Source: Kiritimatiellia bacterium (lineage in GTDB: Bacteria; Verrucomicrobiota; Kiritimatiellia; WLWN01). From it: 64,000 nucleotides of DNA. Below, one piece after another: positions 13,301-20,405 of this stretch. The stretch spans positions 1,484,538-1,548,537 of the forward strand of contig WLWN01000001.1 of NCBI GenBank assembly GCA_012103575.1, given 5' to 3'. The notes beneath the pieces were generated by a model. The model searched no databases, was not told where the DNA came from, and saw only the letters and a program-made list of their open reading frames with translations. Within the stretch, counting starts at the first letter, position 1. Each line of letters begins with the position of its first letter. A program made the translations under genes and the position numbers.

Positions 13301-14904
13301 TTTCCCGTTAAAATACGCAGAATTTTGTTTCGCAAATCTTGTGCATCTTTTACAACGCAAGCAAAACGATACTTAAAATGCTTGCGCCCGACCTGCAAGG
13401 TATAAGCGATATCACGAATTGAAGGCTGTTCTCCAACCGCTTCGAACCAATCTGATAAATCATTGATTTTTTGGTTAAGAGACCCTTCTGTTTTAGCGGA
13501 TAGAGGGATTAAATAACATGGTGCCTTTTCTTTTCCCTCACGCCTCCCCTGTTCCGGAGCTTCCTCCAAGATTAAAAAAGAATTGGTTCCGCCTATACCT
13601 AAAGAATTTATACACGCTCGCCTGGGGCTTTGGTCTTTCACGGTCCATGGTTTAAGCTTTGTGTTTACATAAAAAGGTGTTTCGTTAAAATCAATCTTAG
13701 GGTTGGCCGTCTTATAGTTTATACAAGGGACTAAGGTTTTGTGTTTTAGACACATCGCTGTTTTTATCAAACTAGCAACTCCCGCTGCGATATCTAGATG
13801 ACCTATATTGTTTTTAACAGAACCCAACGCACAATAGTCCCCTTTATGCGTGGCAGGAGAATCAAACATGCGTGTTAAGGCTGTCACTTCCACCGGATCG
13901 CCCATAGCGGTGCCTGTACCATGCGCCTCAACATAATTCACGGTCTTGGGAGAAACCTTGGCCTTCTCAAAGGCTTTGCGCATACAACGCACTTGTCCGG
14001 TAGCCGTTGTGGCCATGTAGCTCATCTTCTGGCCACCGTCATTATTGAAAGCAGACCCTTTGATCACTGCATAGATTTGGTCATGATCCCTCATGGCCTG
14101 TTCCAGGGGCTTTAACAAAACTAACCCTAAGCCACTCCCAAAAACGATCCCTTGGGCATCGGCGTCAAACGCACGAACGTGACCATCATGGGAGAAGATG
14201 CTGTCTTTCTTTAAAGCATAGCCCACTCGATGGGGGATTCGGATATTCACGCCTCCGGCCAAGGCCATATCGCATTCCTGATGCAGAATACTTTGACACG
14301 CCAGATGAACCGCCACCAAAGAGGTCGAACAGGCCGTCTGCACGTTGATGCTTGGGCCTTTGATGTTCAATTTATAAGAAACCCTTGTACTGACAAAATC
14401 TTTATCATTGCCCAGGTGCTCTATGCCGCCTGTTGCACCACGGATCGTGGAATCATATCTCAGGCATTCCAGCAAATAATTGCTCACAGCTCCACCCGAA
14501 CCGCTAAAGACTCCAACCATAGGCACCAGCTTCTCTGGCACATAACCGGCATCCTCGAACGTGGCCCACGCACATTCGAGTAACAAGCGTTGTTGAGGAT
14601 CTAGTACTTTGGCTTCAACTGGAGGTATATTAAAAAAAGAGGCATCAAACTTGTCTATATCATCTAAAACAGGAGCGGCCTTAATGTAATGGGCCGCTTG
14701 GATAAAAGATTCTTCTACACCGGCTTCTCTCAACTCTTCATCTCTAAAAAAGGTAATGCTTTCTTTACCTTCTTTAAGGTTTTCAAAAAATTCAGGAATG
14801 GATGAGGCGCCGGGAAAGCGTCCGCTCATCCCAATGATGGCAATATCTTCACTCAGGACCTCTTTTTTCTTCTTTAGCATGTGCATCCACATCTTATCAC
14901 TCAA
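4312..14904 (-). CDS. trans-AT type polyketide synthase, 3530 aa: KS-DH-KR-ACP-KS-DH-ACP-KS-ACP, no integrated AT domains
   Basis: Three KS domains with active-site Cys ('TACSTS', 'MCSSSL', 'TACASS') plus 'EAHGTGT' and 'N(I/V)GH' motifs. Each KS is followed by a post-KS linker ('LSAKTEGSL...AYTLQVGRKHF', 'LPxYPFxRxRYW') with no AT. DH motif 'HxxxGxxxxP' appears twice ('DHQVKGEKVLPGVAYLEMA'). KR Rossmann 'ITGGAGGLGLIFAKEIA'. ACP serines 'GIDSI', 'GLDSI', 'GMESI'. Start ATG overlaps the ACP gene stop (ATGA). Confidence 0.9.
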   Translation of the reverse strand: MSDKMWMHMLKKKKEVLSEDIAIIGMSGRFPGASSIPEFFENLKEGKESITFFRDEELREAGVEESFIQAAHYIKAAPVLDDIDKFDASFFNIPPVEAKVLDPQQRLLLECAWATFEDAGYVPEKLVPMVGVFSGSGGAVSNYLLECLRYDSTIRGATGGIEHLGNDKDFVSTRVSYKLNIKGPSINVQTACSTSLVAVHLACQSILHQECDMALAGGVNIRIPHRVGYALKKDSIFSHDGHVRAFDADAQGIVFGSGLGLVLLKPLEQAMRDHDQIYAVIKGSAFNNDGGQKMSYMATTATGQVRCMRKAFEKAKVSPKTVNYVEAHGTGTAMGDPVEVTALTRMFDSPATHKGDYCALGSVKNNIGHLDIAAGVASLIKTAMCLKHKTLVPCINYKTANPKIDFNETPFYVNTKLKPWTVKDQSPRRACINSLGIGGTNSFLILEEAPEQGRREGKEKAPCYLIPLSAKTEGSLNQKINDLSDWFEAVGEQPSIRDIAYTLQVGRKHFKYRFACVVKDAQDLRNKILRILTGKTCRDSVMYSSRSSKASTETKEKCDQILAKLENKRTKDESNYHKDLFTLAEAFVQGYKVNWSNLANPKISYRVSLPTYPFERERYWVERTEGRRQKSEAYQVCQANGMAEDMVSKRLHPFVHENTSTLEEQRFSSMFTGKEFFLEDHQVKGEKVLPGVAYLEMARAAVEQASGEFPKENQIIELKNVVWAWPFAVDDQPQDVHIGLYPEDNGEIAYEIYTAPPVDGKFELRDSKHEKSSKDEIVVHSQGVAVFASADQHPKLDLKALQETCTQRVLSAEECYTVFKKIGIEYGPAHQGIEKLYVGDDEVLAQLKIPSCVLETKDQFTLHPSLLDSALQAAIGSGFTNQKSASADLFTKGLAEEKAMEDNPTTKPVLRSSLSKEGNQEPFLASLNRLEIIDYCSEKMWAHVHRSGSSGTTARVQKLDIDLCDENGKVCVKLRDFFSQTPEGVLEKSETTGTLMFQPVWRERAVDPKQNIPEYADHQVFLCGLTQRNESVGHRASERSFIELKPDQKRLGKRFEEFALDLFKRTQKIVEGKPEGPVLLQVLVPAEGFEQTFSGVSGLLKTAHLENPKLMGQVIAVGEEEPPKEIISRLQENVKCPEDQCIRYEGTKRLVQVFEERSTAHAQKEIPWKEGGVYLITGGAGGLGLIFAKEIAERTKSARLILTGRSELSEPIKEKLKELESLGANVEYHTVDVSDQQAVERLIEETRNDFGGINGILHSAGLIRDNFILKKPREEFEETLKPKVEGVIYLDEATQDLSLDFFVLFSSVSGAIGNVGQADYATANAFMDTFARYRNVRIDSERSGQTLSMNWPLWKEGGMSVDEATEQMITERTGMVAMQTSTGIEAFYQGLSSGTSQVMVMEGDVEKIRNVFLADQTVVPVKESPVPAMDPHLLQEKTLYEFKKLFGEMIKLSISKIDSEEPLERYGIDSILITQLNQKLEGVFGEISKTLFFEYQTLKALTDYFIADYPQACAQWAGLQEQAYLLPNRSVLSIAEEFPVLRALKSTQGCGRGLSVSMSRTGTQDPMAIIGMSGRYPQANTIEEYWEHLKSGKDCITEIPPERWSLNGFFHEDPQEAVAQGKSYSKWGSFLEGFADFDPLFFNISPREAMNIDPQERLFLQSCWEALEDAGCTREHLATQFNQRVGVFAGITKTGFNLYGPELKKQRGGISPHTSFSSVANRVSYLLNIQGPSMPIDTMCSSSLTAIHEACEHLRHGACELAIAGGVNLYLHPSTYIELCAQQMLSKDGQCKSFGKGGNGFVPGEGVGVVLLKRLSKAIEDQDHIYAVIRATSVNHGGKTNGYTVPSPKAQGALIRETLEKAGIDARSVSYMEAHGTGTELGDPIEVTGLTQAFQKDTLDTGFCALGSAKSNVGHLEAAAGIAGLTKIVLQMKYGQLAPSLHAMELNPNIHFSKTPFIVQQQLEDWKRPTLTIKGETKEYPRIAGVSSFGAGGVNAHAVIEEYLDESKVEGPKSQSKEGPYLIVLSAKDEDRLKAYVQHLIDYLQPLTPCLQDVAYTLQVGREAMEERLGLIVHSMEELKEKLQRFMDGKEDVEDLYLGQVKRNKETLDVFTADEDMAKIIDMWVRKGKYSKLLDLWVKGLILDWNKLYGDTPLRRISLPSYPFARVRYWIKGNAESGVRNAETGKELHPLLHENTSDVSELRFSSTFTGKEFFFADHQVRGEKVLPGAAYLEMAREAVKQACGEWAKDPQRIELKNVVWAMPIAVNGHPRQVNIGLFPEENGEIQYEIYSELEKDNGSVTTVPQQQLRDGMDTRVVHSQGVVEVCGVETSEGAPTAEPIDVQGLQETCTQRVLSADECYAAFKRMGIEYGPAHKGIEKLYVGENKVLAKLTLPSSIADTKDPFTLHPSLLDSALQASIGLNFANQQSSSADLFTDFSSAARCAKGEAMEDKPITKPVFRSSLSEGGDQEPFLASLERLEILDRCTESMWAWVQSCQGSPSSKQALKLDIDLCDDLGHVCVRMKAMEMQTYLEPFTEDSTQEQEARAGNQTDKEVQGKNELSNVDARSYALNKLTSIVTEITQIPKEKINVEADLEELGLDSIMITTLNQQVEKWLGKLDATLFFKYKTLSSLAKFLSEAYAADMMIAEQPRKIGARSLNGKVKVQHSKDLTSFGHARFSARFSGKQVSNEDIAIIGMSGRYPQAPDLMAFWDNLSQGKDCITEIPRDRFDYRSYFNTEKGRTDSLYCKWGGFLDGVDQFDPLFFNISPQDARFMDPQERLFLEMAWGCLETAGFIHPHWQREARNIGVFAGVTFNNYQLLMAEAAGPGPSYPANSQTFSIANRVSYFFNFTGPSFTLDTACASSLFAIHEACENLKRGACSLALAGGVNLTLHPSKYATLCSGGFASSDGRCHAFAADGDGYVPSEGVGVVLLKPYQRAKADGDSILAVIKGTGVSHDGKTQSYTVPNPVSQSKAIGAALAQARISPESISYVEAHGTGTALGDPIEIQGLMDVYTQHTDKKQFCAIGSVKSNIGHGEAAAGIGQLTKTVLQMQHQTLVPSLLHGPLNPNIDFKNSSFYVQEKKTTWEQPRLEGKAWPRRAGISSFGAGGVNVHVIIEEYLDESKSQKGERSKGEPVDGRTMDGAVSSVVIPLSAHVRSQLLELARNLHGYLKSNIQRPVSSIQHLAFTLQTKRALFRHRLAFVVNDTPDLIEQLKGYVNQDRNGGRETKYYEADTEKVGAALKLNGVKEDQDYLASLLKKRKMERLAQLWVQGTLIPWERLYEDNGGSVCLPLPNYPFLKRRYWMTEIVEKNKAKKEEGGGQNGRLSNPLAGPIISVSDQAKEDTSFLKQANGVERVPPPSRSETSTFVAALLDLSDMDRKEEVEEWIVEQVKALLGFASTEDVDLETGFFNMGMESIQAEKLIQDCRRQFGLTTLSDTVLFDYPTAPRLTDHVLEIIPWEDLYQQTVPSQDRLMEPTEEIDTETEIALIELFDGDLFDVSVYRDIDALSDEDVKRDLLNELQGKRYD

Positions 14905-15167
14905 CTTGTGTTCAGACTTTTTTCATAGGCCTTTGCTATATCTTCTACTGTTCTCATTTCAGTGATGACGGCACGATTTGTACTAAAAGGGTCCACCTCC
15001 AATTTATTCTCAAGAAAGGCAACTAGACTCGCCACATATAATGAAGAAAAACCCAGATCTTCAACCAGACTATCGTCATCCTGGACTTCAGAAATACCTA
15101 GCTCTTGTTCTTCGTTTATTTGCATAATGAAATCTTTAACCGTTTGATTAATTTCTTTATAGTCCAA
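14901..15167 (-). CDS. Stand-alone acyl carrier protein (probable starter-unit carrier)
   Basis: 88 aa with phosphopantetheine-site motif 'EDLGFSSLYVASLVAF'. Stop overlaps the PKS start (ATGA). Lies between the SDR and the PKS. Confidence 0.8.
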   Translation of the reverse strand: MDYKEINQTVKDFIMQINEEQELGISEVQDDDSLVEDLGFSSLYVASLVAFLENKLEVDPFSTNRAVITEMRTVEDIAKAYEKSLNTS

Positions 15168-15185
15168 TTTATTTTCTCCTTTAAT

Positions 15186-15911
15186 TTAACACGTAAGACC
15201 ACCATCTATAATTAACGTTTGACCCGTTATAAATTCTGCATCTTTAGACAACAGAAAGCGCACCATCCCAACGATGTCTTCAACTTTCCCCAGCCTATTT
15301 AAAGGGGTCCGACGGATAATCTGCTTTCTTTTTGCCTCTCCAAGCATAGCGCCCATCTCTGTATCCATATACCCTGGTGCAATGGCGTTCACACAAATAT
15401 TTCGGCCACCGAGCTCTCGGGCCAAAGACCGAGTAAACCCGTCTAAAGCAGATTTGGTCGCACTGTAGACCGCCACTCCTGAATGTCCTCGAATACCCAC
15501 AATGGAAGATATGTTAATGATTATACCCCTTCCCTGTTGTAACATATATTTTGCACACGTTTGGGTCAGATGAAGCGGACTCTTTAGGTTTAAAGATATC
15601 AGCTGATCAATATCACCTGAATTCATTAAGGTTAGTATTCCATCTGAGGCCATCCCCACGTTATTTATCAACCCATCGATTTGGCCATACTTTCTAAAAA
15701 CTTTCTGCGCAAAGAGCTTCAACGCTTCAAGATCTGTACCCTCTATAGATTCCCAATAGAATCGCTCTGAACTTTCAGCCTCCTGCGTTTTTTCGATAAA
15801 TTCTGTTTTGCTCCTGCTGTACGTTGCTACACTATAGCCATGTCTTAATAAATCTTCGACGACCCCTTTACCCAGACCTTTGCTACCGCCACTCACACAT
15901 ATAACCTTCAT
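15186..15911 (-). CDS. Short-chain dehydrogenase/reductase, FabG-like 3-oxoacyl-ACP reductase family
   Basis: N-terminal 'VSGGSKGLGKGV' Rossmann motif, 'NISSIVGIRG' and catalytic 'YSATKSAL' (YxxxK), 241 aa. Confidence 0.85.
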   Translation of the reverse strand: MKVICVSGGSKGLGKGVVEDLLRHGYSVATYSRSKTEFIEKTQEAESSERFYWESIEGTDLEALKLFAQKVFRKYGQIDGLINNVGMASDGILTLMNSGDIDQLISLNLKSPLHLTQTCAKYMLQQGRGIIINISSIVGIRGHSGVAVYSATKSALDGFTRSLARELGGRNICVNAIAPGYMDTEMGAMLGEAKRKQIIRRTPLNRLGKVEDIVGMVRFLLSKDAEFITGQTLIIDGGLTC

Positions 15912-15935
15912 AGTCTTTGGATCCCTCCTATTATC

Positions 15936-17393
15936 TTAACCCTGCGTTGAGCAATAATGAGCTTCTTGACTTTTGATCCTTTGTTTTTTAAAACGATAGC
16001 CCATAAGAGAGTCTTTACTGATCTGAACGACAACAGGAATTTTAAAAGGCTCTACACAATCTAAACAAAAGGCCTTCATACGCTTTCGCAAATCTATCAC
16101 ACTTTCTTCTCGTTCCAAAACAAACGTGGCGCAAACCACCTGCCCCATTATAGGATTGGACTTACCCTCCACCTTAACATCTTGCACATAAGGCATCTTC
16201 AATAATACGCTTTCGACCTCCACGGGATACACCTTCTCTCCTCCCACATTAATCATGTCACTGACCCGACCTAAAATACGGTAATACTCGCCCTTTTTTT
16301 CCACACGATCACCCGTATTATACCAACCTAGATTATCAAAAGGTGAAGGGGCATTGAGGTACCCACGCATAGCGCCCTGACTACGAATCCAAAGCTCTCC
16401 GTCACGCACTTGCAAAGAAACGCCTTCTCCTGCAATTTTCATCCAATTAGAATCCGAATTTTTCGACTGCGTATTAAAAATATCCAGCTCTGTAAGACCA
16501 TAGGTTTGTTTGAGTTTAACCTCAGGAAAGAGGGCATGTAAGGCCTTTAAGGTAGAATGGGGCATTGGTTCGGTGCCATATGTAATCATTTTTAGACTAG
16601 AAAGATCATGTTTGCGATACAGGGAGGATAATAGAAGCATGTTTAAGAAGCTAGGGGTCGCTGGTAGAAGCTCGATTTTATGCTTTTCAATAGCTTGACA
16701 AACCGCTTCAACCGAACGTTCCTTTGAACAGACCATGCACCCTCCATTTAACCAGATTGAAAGTAGGGTATGAATACCGCCAATGTGATCTAGTTTGAGA
16801 AAGATTAGACTCCTCCACGGCCTCCTCATCTCTTCAAATTTTCTTAAAATATGCTTGGTCTGTAATAACGCGGCCTTGCTTGTACCTGTTGTTCCAGAAG
16901 TAAAAATGACCACGCCTCCATCGTTTTCTTTTTGTAATTCAGTAATCAAACTCGGACAAACAGAGGGAGAACGTTTAACCCATTTACAGTTTGGAGTGTC
17001 AAAATAACCCTCCACTCCGGAAATGCTCCATTTTTCTTCATACTCAGCAACATCTTCAGACAAAGGCACCAGGATGTTCCGATTTAAAAGCAATACCAAA
17101 AAAAGTACCAAACAAGAAAAATCCTCCCGAACCACAACGCCAATCACCTGACCCGGTTGAATATCTAATTCATCGAGTTTTCTTTGCCATTGATAAACTT
17201 CACGTTGCAGGCAGTCATAGGTATAAGTTTCGTCATTACCAATAAAACAAAATGAATCTCCAAAAGAGAACAAGCGTTCTAAAACCCAAGAATAGATTCC
17301 AAACACCCTTACTTCTTCATGTTGGCTCTCTTTATCTTCAGAAAGTCTTTTCTTTTCGATTTTGATATCCTTACGCCTACTTTCTATACCCAA
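15936..17393 (-). CDS. AMP-dependent synthetase/ligase (acyl-AMP or acyl-ACP ligase, probable starter activation)
   Basis: Adenylation motifs 'IFTSGTTGTSKAA', 'TYGLTE', 'YNTGDRV', 'GRVSDMINVGGEKVYPVEVE'. Co-oriented with ACP, SDR and PKS. Confidence 0.85.
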   Translation of the reverse strand: MGIESRRKDIKIEKKRLSEDKESQHEEVRVFGIYSWVLERLFSFGDSFCFIGNDETYTYDCLQREVYQWQRKLDELDIQPGQVIGVVVREDFSCLVLFLVLLLNRNILVPLSEDVAEYEEKWSISGVEGYFDTPNCKWVKRSPSVCPSLITELQKENDGGVVIFTSGTTGTSKAALLQTKHILRKFEEMRRPWRSLIFLKLDHIGGIHTLLSIWLNGGCMVCSKERSVEAVCQAIEKHKIELLPATPSFLNMLLLSSLYRKHDLSSLKMITYGTEPMPHSTLKALHALFPEVKLKQTYGLTELDIFNTQSKNSDSNWMKIAGEGVSLQVRDGELWIRSQGAMRGYLNAPSPFDNLGWYNTGDRVEKKGEYYRILGRVSDMINVGGEKVYPVEVESVLLKMPYVQDVKVEGKSNPIMGQVVCATFVLEREESVIDLRKRMKAFCLDCVEPFKIPVVVQISKDSLMGYRFKKQRIKSQEAHYCSTQG

Positions 17394-17400
17394 ACCTGCC

Positions 17401-17922
17401 TCATGCTGGTTGTGGCTCTTTTTTCGAGGAACTGACTACCTCTTCACTTTTTTTTACAGCTTCATCAAATTCTTTTTTTGCTTTCTTTTTGCAAAAACTT
17501 AATAAGGTTCCGCCTGATTCAAAGTGCTTGATAAAGACCCGACCCACCGCATAGGTAGACGCGCCGGAAAAAATCGGCATGGTCACTGCTCCTATCGTCG
17601 GCCCAACGAGGGGGATCATTTTGATCAAACCCGCCGCTGGCCTGGACAACGTCGATGGAAAAAGTCCGCCCAGTAGAGAACCGATAATATTTTTCGCTGT
17701 ATTTCTGAAAAATTTCACTTCGTAAACCTTGCAGATTCTTCGCAGCATATTGAGCTGGAACCCGGTTACGGCTACTAGATCAACTACCGGAATTGGCACC
17801 AATCCAACGCCAGTCGTCCACAAAATCGTATTCTTTACGATATTATCCGCCTCAAGTTTCTTGGCATTCACCTCTTGATTTTCGCTTTTTTCCACTTCTT
17901 CTACTGTTGGCTTTTTAGGCAT
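17401..17922 (-). CDS. Hypothetical membrane protein, DUF697/YcjF-like
   Basis: 173 aa with hydrophobic core 'GVGLVPIPVVDLVAVTGFQLNMLRRI', Lys-rich N- and C-termini. Family assignment is from memory of the DUF697 pattern. Confidence 0.45.
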   Translation of the reverse strand: MPKKPTVEEVEKSENQEVNAKKLEADNIVKNTILWTTGVGLVPIPVVDLVAVTGFQLNMLRRICKVYEVKFFRNTAKNIIGSLLGGLFPSTLSRPAAGLIKMIPLVGPTIGAVTMPIFSGASTYAVGRVFIKHFESGGTLLSFCKKKAKKEFDEAVKKSEEVVSSSKKEPQPA

Positions 17923-18078
17923 GGTGACCCTCCTTTTCTGATGTTAATATTACCTTCTTATCCTGCTTATTCCATTCGCAGATTCCTCAAATTTGTTTAG
18001 AGACTTATATCATGATTGAAACCGTATCAATCAAAAAATGATTTTTTGTTGGCCCTTCTCGGAAAGCATCCCGTTTAA

Positions 18079-19191
18079 TCAAAGTTTTTTATTACCCAAA
18101 GTTTGGGTTTCACGCATTGAAATATTGATAAGAATACCGACCATCACCATGGTCATAACCAGACTCGACCCTCCAAAACTGATAAAGGGTAATGCCAACC
18201 CTTTTGTGGGCAAACTGCCCGTCACAACACCTATATTGATTGCAGCCTGAAATGTAATAATCATGGTAATGCCCATCCCTAATAACCGGGCAAACAGGTC
18301 AGAGGTATGTGTGCTAATATATAAACCACATATAAAAAACCCTAAAAATAAGGCCACCACAATCATGGAGGCTATCGGTCCTAATTCTTCGCCAATAATC
18401 GCAAATATAAAATCAGTATGCGCTTCGGGCAAATAAAAACGTTTTTGCATACTCTGTCCCAATCCAACGCCTTTAGACCCACCGATGACAAAAGCTTTGA
18501 TCGCATTTAGTAATTGGAAGGCCTCATTCTGCGCATATTTTTCAGGATTTAAAAAGGCAATGATGCGTCGTAATCGTTCAGGGCTCTCCAGAATAGCGGC
18601 TATAAAACAGATACTTCCTAATAGCGCGGATATAAAAAGATACCCAATTTGAGTACCCCCTATAAACATAATGGCCATCCCCACGACGGCGATGAGCATG
18701 GTTGTTCCAAAATCAGGTTCCACAAAGATTAAGATTAACGTAACCCCTAATCCAGCTAATGGAATAAGCAGCCCTTTTTTAAAATCCTGCGCTTTACGTC
18801 GAATATGGGACATCCACCCCGCTAACCAAATGAGGGTCGTTATTTTAGCTAGTTCAGACGGTTGAAAATTCAGAGGCCCTAATTTTAACCAACGACTGCT
18901 GCCTTTCACTTTATGGCCCACTCCTGGGATAAGGACTAAAACCAATAGCACAAAGGAAAAGATGAGTAATGGAACAGCTAGTTTTCGCAAAATAGAATAA
19001 TCTATTCGAGACACTACAACACTAGCAAGGGTCGCTAAAGCAAGCCATATTAGTTGATGCTTAAGAAAGTAATGGGGATCGTCGTATCGAATTTGACCTT
19101 GAACAGCGCTGGTACTCGCTAGCATCACAATGCCAAGGGTTATTAAAATCAGAACAATCCCAACGAGTATACTTCTGGCTTTCCACATCAT
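18079..19191 (-). CDS. ftsW: SEDS-family peptidoglycan glycosyltransferase FtsW
   Basis: 370 aa, multi-TM, conserved FtsW/RodA regions ('PSELAKI', 'EPDFGTTML', 'LPEAHTDFIFA', 'GLALPFISFGGSS'). Positioned in the dcw cluster. Confidence 0.85.
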   Translation of the reverse strand: MMWKARSILVGIVLILITLGIVMLASTSAVQGQIRYDDPHYFLKHQLIWLALATLASVVVSRIDYSILRKLAVPLLIFSFVLLVLVLIPGVGHKVKGSSRWLKLGPLNFQPSELAKITTLIWLAGWMSHIRRKAQDFKKGLLIPLAGLGVTLILIFVEPDFGTTMLIAVVGMAIMFIGGTQIGYLFISALLGSICFIAAILESPERLRRIIAFLNPEKYAQNEAFQLLNAIKAFVIGGSKGVGLGQSMQKRFYLPEAHTDFIFAIIGEELGPIASMIVVALFLGFFICGLYISTHTSDLFARLLGMGITMIITFQAAINIGVVTGSLPTKGLALPFISFGGSSLVMTMVMVGILINISMRETQTLGNKKL

Positions 19192-19273
19192 TTTCAGTTC
19201 ACAGTTCCCGGTTCGTTAAAACAGTTTAGGCGGGTATGAACCCCGAGCCGCAAACCCTGAACCAGGAACCTTT

Positions 19274-20182
19274 TTAATAATCCATCGGAGGAATTTTAAG
19301 TTTTTGGCCAGGTTTGATACTGACTTCATCCTCTATGTTATTTAGCTGAAGGATCTCTTCTTTGAGCACTGCAAAGTCTTTGGCAATACTATCGGGTGTT
19401 TCACCCTCTCTCACGGTATGTTCAAAGATTTGTTCTACAGGAGAGACGGGAGGCTCTGCAGGCGCCTCAGGTAAAACCCGGCGTTCTTCTATGACGTCCT
19501 CCAGCTGAATAATTTCTTTGACTATGGCTCTCTCTGTTGAGGGTGCAGGTTGCTTTAATGGCGCTGATTTTTTCTTGGTCCCCGGAATAAGAAGTTTTTG
19601 GCCAATTAAGATTCTGTCACCTTTTATCTGATTGGCTTCGCGCAAAGCAGGAACGGTTGTTCCATTCCGAAATGCAATTTTAGAAAGGCTATCACCCGAT
19701 TGCACAACATAGGTACTCTCTGAACCCGAAATAATAACCGGTCGTCGAGGTGTAGAAGCTCTTTTCACAGGCGCTTGGGGAACCGTTACACCCGTCGCAT
19801 AAGGGGGGAGAAGAAGTTTTTGGCCTACCCATATGTTATCAGGATTTTTAAGCTGGTTTAGATCAATCAATTCCTGTGTTGAAATATTATGACGCTTTGC
19901 GATTCGAGATAACGAATCGCCCTTTTTTATAATGTAGGTTTTAGGATTAAATTCAGGAGGGACCTCTATAGGTCGGACCGGTCTTTCCCCGGGAGGAATG
20001 AGACGGGACGACACAGGAGGTATAGAACGACGCGGATGACGTTTAGGAGGCATAACAGGAGAGGGAGGTGATTCCACAATAATGGGGCCTCTTTGTGTGC
20101 CACACCCCTGAATAAACACAAAGGCCGCTAAAGCCATCATGTGCAAAGCGACAACAATTGTTATAAGTACCGGTGCTTTCAT
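19274..20182 (-). CDS. Secreted protein with three LysM domains, no recognisable peptidase domain
   Basis: Signal peptide 'MKAPVLITIVVALHMMALAAFVF'. Three LysM-like units ('YIIKKGDSLSRIAKRHNIS', 'YVVQSGDSLSKIAFRNGTT', 'HTVREGETPDSIAKDFAV'). SD GGGAGA lies 8 nt upstream of the ATG. Confidence 0.8.
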   Translation of the reverse strand: MKAPVLITIVVALHMMALAAFVFIQGCGTQRGPIIVESPPSPVMPPKRHPRRSIPPVSSRLIPPGERPVRPIEVPPEFNPKTYIIKKGDSLSRIAKRHNISTQELIDLNQLKNPDNIWVGQKLLLPPYATGVTVPQAPVKRASTPRRPVIISGSESTYVVQSGDSLSKIAFRNGTTVPALREANQIKGDRILIGQKLLIPGTKKKSAPLKQPAPSTERAIVKEIIQLEDVIEERRVLPEAPAEPPVSPVEQIFEHTVREGETPDSIAKDFAVLKEEILQLNNIEDEVSIKPGQKLKIPPMDY

Positions 20183-20199
20183 CTTTTTTCTCCCATGGT

Positions 20200-20362
20200 C
20201 CTGGATCTGTCAGTTAAACGTGGGATTTCTGTGCGAATGCTTTGGAGGCAAAAGGTTGCAAAAAAACGCAGGCGCACCCGCTGGGTGCGTCGAGGCTTTT
20301 TTGTAATTCCTTTTGGCCCAAATGGTTCGTGCAGAAAACCGCGTTTAACTGACGGATCCAGG
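20200..20362 (+). mobile_element. MITE copy 1 (163 bp, ~45-bp imperfect terminal inverted repeats CCTGGATC(T/C)GTCAGTTAAACG..., 5-bp target-site duplication ATGGT)
   Basis: Left end 'cctggatctgtcagttaaacgtggg...', right end '...ccgcgtttaactgacggatccagg'. Flanked by ATGGT on both sides. >97% identical to copies at 53952 and 57816. Internal hairpin 'gcgcacccgctgggtgcg' bracketed by an A7 tract and a T6 tract. Sits 18 bp upstream of the LysM gene start, between murD and ftsW. Confidence 0.85.
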
Positions 20363-20405
20363 ATGGTTTGAGTGTTCAAAATATGTTTCGATATTATTTG
20401 TTTAT

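Noticed and set aside
4655-14583. Numerous plus-strand ORFs inside the 3530-aa PKS gene
   Set aside because: All are antisense shadows of a single uninterrupted, motif-rich minus-strand ORF.
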